From a virus (taxonomy: Duplodnaviria; Caudoviricetes): a DNA stretch of 46,554 nucleotides. Below the pieces are notes generated by a model, which saw only the letters and a program-made list of their open reading frames with translations, searched no databases and was not told the DNA's origin. Both the position numbers and the translations under genes were made by a program. The DNA is taken from the IMG/VR virus record IMGVR_UViG_3300020045_006090, positions 1 to 46,554 of that record, one strand, 5' to 3'. Numbering within the stretch: position 1 is the first letter of the stretch; the number at the start of each line of letters is the position of its first letter. Shown here in pieces: positions 45,182 to 46,554 of this stretch.

Positions 45182-46231
45182 ATGAAATCTGAACTATCAC
45201 TTACCCAACTTGCACAAGAACTAGAACGCCGCCAATCGGCAAAAAAGGATCTGATCGTCCCTACATCAGAATTATCGATGTGCCCGGAAACAATCAAGCT
45301 TTTCACAAATAGCGGTGAATTGAATATGGTCGCTAATGAAATCGCGCACGGTCAAATTGCGGCCCGCCTTGATATTCCGCAAAAATATTACAACCGCATG
45401 AAAGCGACGCAGCCTGATTTGCTTGCCCGCAATGTAAATACTTGGTTTAAAGCGCAGCCTGAAAATCGCATGGTCCGCACCCTTGATGGAAATATCCGCG
45501 CTTTCCTTTCTGATCGATATGCCCGCATAGAAAATGAGGAAATCGCATCGATGGTCTTGCCCGCGCTTTTAGAACAGGATGGCGTCAAAATTCAATCAGC
45601 CGCCATCACAGAAAGCCGCATGTATATCAAAGCGGTCTTTACGCACATTCAAGCTGAAATCCGGGTCGGCGATATCGTCCAAAGCGGCGTATCGATATCG
45701 AATTCAGAGGTCGGCACAGGCGCGGTAAAGATTGAGCCTTTTGTTGAACGCCTTGTTTGCACGAATGGCATGGTCATAAACGATGGCAAATTCACCGCCC
45801 GGCACCTTGGCGGTCGCGCACAGGCCGGGGATGGCGTCTACGAAATGCTTACCGATGAAGCGCACAAAGCTGATGATCGCGCCATATTGCTGAAAGTCCG
45901 CGATGTTGTCAGGGCCTCATTCGATCAGGTTAAATTTCAGGAGCGCGTCGATCTTATGCGTGCATCTACGGAAGATAAGATCACAGGCAATCCGGTCGAA
46001 AGCGTCAAGGTGCTTGCGAAAAAAGCCAGCCTTTCAGAATTTGAAAGCGGCAATATTTTACGCCACTTGATTGAGGGCGCGGACCTATCGCGTTGGGGAA
46101 TCCTGAACGCTGTAACGCGCACCGCGCAAGATGTCGAAACCTATGATCGATCACATGAATTAGAAACCCTCGGGGGTTCTATACTGACTTTGCCAAAATC
46201 TGAATGGAAGGTTTTGGCTGAGGCATCCTAG
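45182..46231 (+). CDS. DUF932-family protein
   Basis: RMVRTLDGNIRAFLSDRY, ISNSEVGTGAV, RLVCTNGM, WGILNAVTRTAQ. Confidence 0.85.
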   Translation: MKSELSLTQLAQELERRQSAKKDLIVPTSELSMCPETIKLFTNSGELNMVANEIAHGQIAARLDIPQKYYNRMKATQPDLLARNVNTWFKAQPENRMVRTLDGNIRAFLSDRYARIENEEIASMVLPALLEQDGVKIQSAAITESRMYIKAVFTHIQAEIRVGDIVQSGVSISNSEVGTGAVKIEPFVERLVCTNGMVINDGKFTARHLGGRAQAGDGVYEMLTDEAHKADDRAILLKVRDVVRASFDQVKFQERVDLMRASTEDKITGNPVESVKVLAKKASLSEFESGNILRHLIEGADLSRWGILNAVTRTAQDVETYDRSHELETLGGSILTLPKSEWKVLAEAS

Positions 46232-46243
46232 TCGCTTGGGAAC

Positions 46244-46282
46244 ATGCGGGCGGGGTCGATTAAGCCCGGCCCTTGCCCGCAT
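46244..46282 (+). other. GC-rich intergenic stem-loop (attenuator or processing site)
   Basis: ATGCGGGC...GCCCGCAT outer stem with inner pairing; no clear U-tract. Confidence 0.45.
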
Positions 46283-46327
46283 CGCCTGGCACAAAATTCA
46301 ATCTAATTCCTTAAGGAAAAAATCGAC

Positions 46328-46554
46328 ATGAAAAAAATTCTATTAAAATATCATTCATCGGAGCCCGGCTATTGCCAGGAATTCTATACCCGCGCTGACG
46401 GCAAGGGCTTTTACTGTATGCAGGACGACGGATATGCGGGCGTATCAGATTATAAGCTTTACAGCGCGTCGACCGATGGCGAGGCCGACAGCTTGCTAAA
46501 AATGGAGGCCTACCGCATTCCGCCAAGCCTTGGCACTTCGGAGGTCGATAAAGA
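46328..46554 (+). CDS. 5' part of hypothetical phage protein spanning the circular junction (join 46328..46433,1..539; 214 aa)
   Basis: ATG at 46328 after TAAGGA. MKKILLKYHSSEPGYCQEFY...DSLLKMEAY reads open into the 60..539 ORF frame. Confidence 0.8.
   Translation, partial: MKKILLKYHSSEPGYCQEFYTRADGKGFYCMQDDGYAGVSDYKLYSASTDGEADSLLKMEAYRIPPSLGTSEVDK
46434..46554. repeat. Terminal direct repeat, copy 2 (circular assembly overlap)
   Basis: Exact copy of 1..121. Confidence 0.97.

Noticed and set aside
1-46554. CRISPR array, DGR/retron reverse transcriptase, IS elements, alternative genetic code
   Set aside because: No spaced repeats and no RT or transposase motifs were seen. Genes are intact under code 11.

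Overview
Apparently complete circular genome (46,433 bp plus a 121-bp terminal overlap) of a small contractile-tailed phage (myovirus). Its structural module is Bcep781/PB1-like: DUF1073 portal, DUF2213 protease, DUF2184 capsid, DUF3383 sheath, DUF2612 wedge. It also has a lambdoid initiator/loader replication pair, a YqaJ exonuclease, and a SAR-endolysin plus spanin lysis cassette. GcrA-like, GapR-like and CspA genes point to an alphaproteobacterial host. There are four transcription blocks, two near-twin divergent promoter regions and two convergent terminators. I found no integrase, polymerase, tRNA or CRISPR array. The best candidate for a new system is a ParB-fused SAM-dependent transferase with an atypical CPPY motif, paired with a fold-II PLP enzyme directly upstream of the terminase; this may be a packaging-linked DNA hypermodification. 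Other leads: a C-terminal-only GcrA in an operon of host-regulator mimics, a GHKL ATPase with rearranged motif order, a WGFxxxxxNFDNGNF motif shared by baseplate and neck proteins, and a DUF6527 gene inside the head-tail operon. Family assignments come from motif recognition by eye; no database searches were run.
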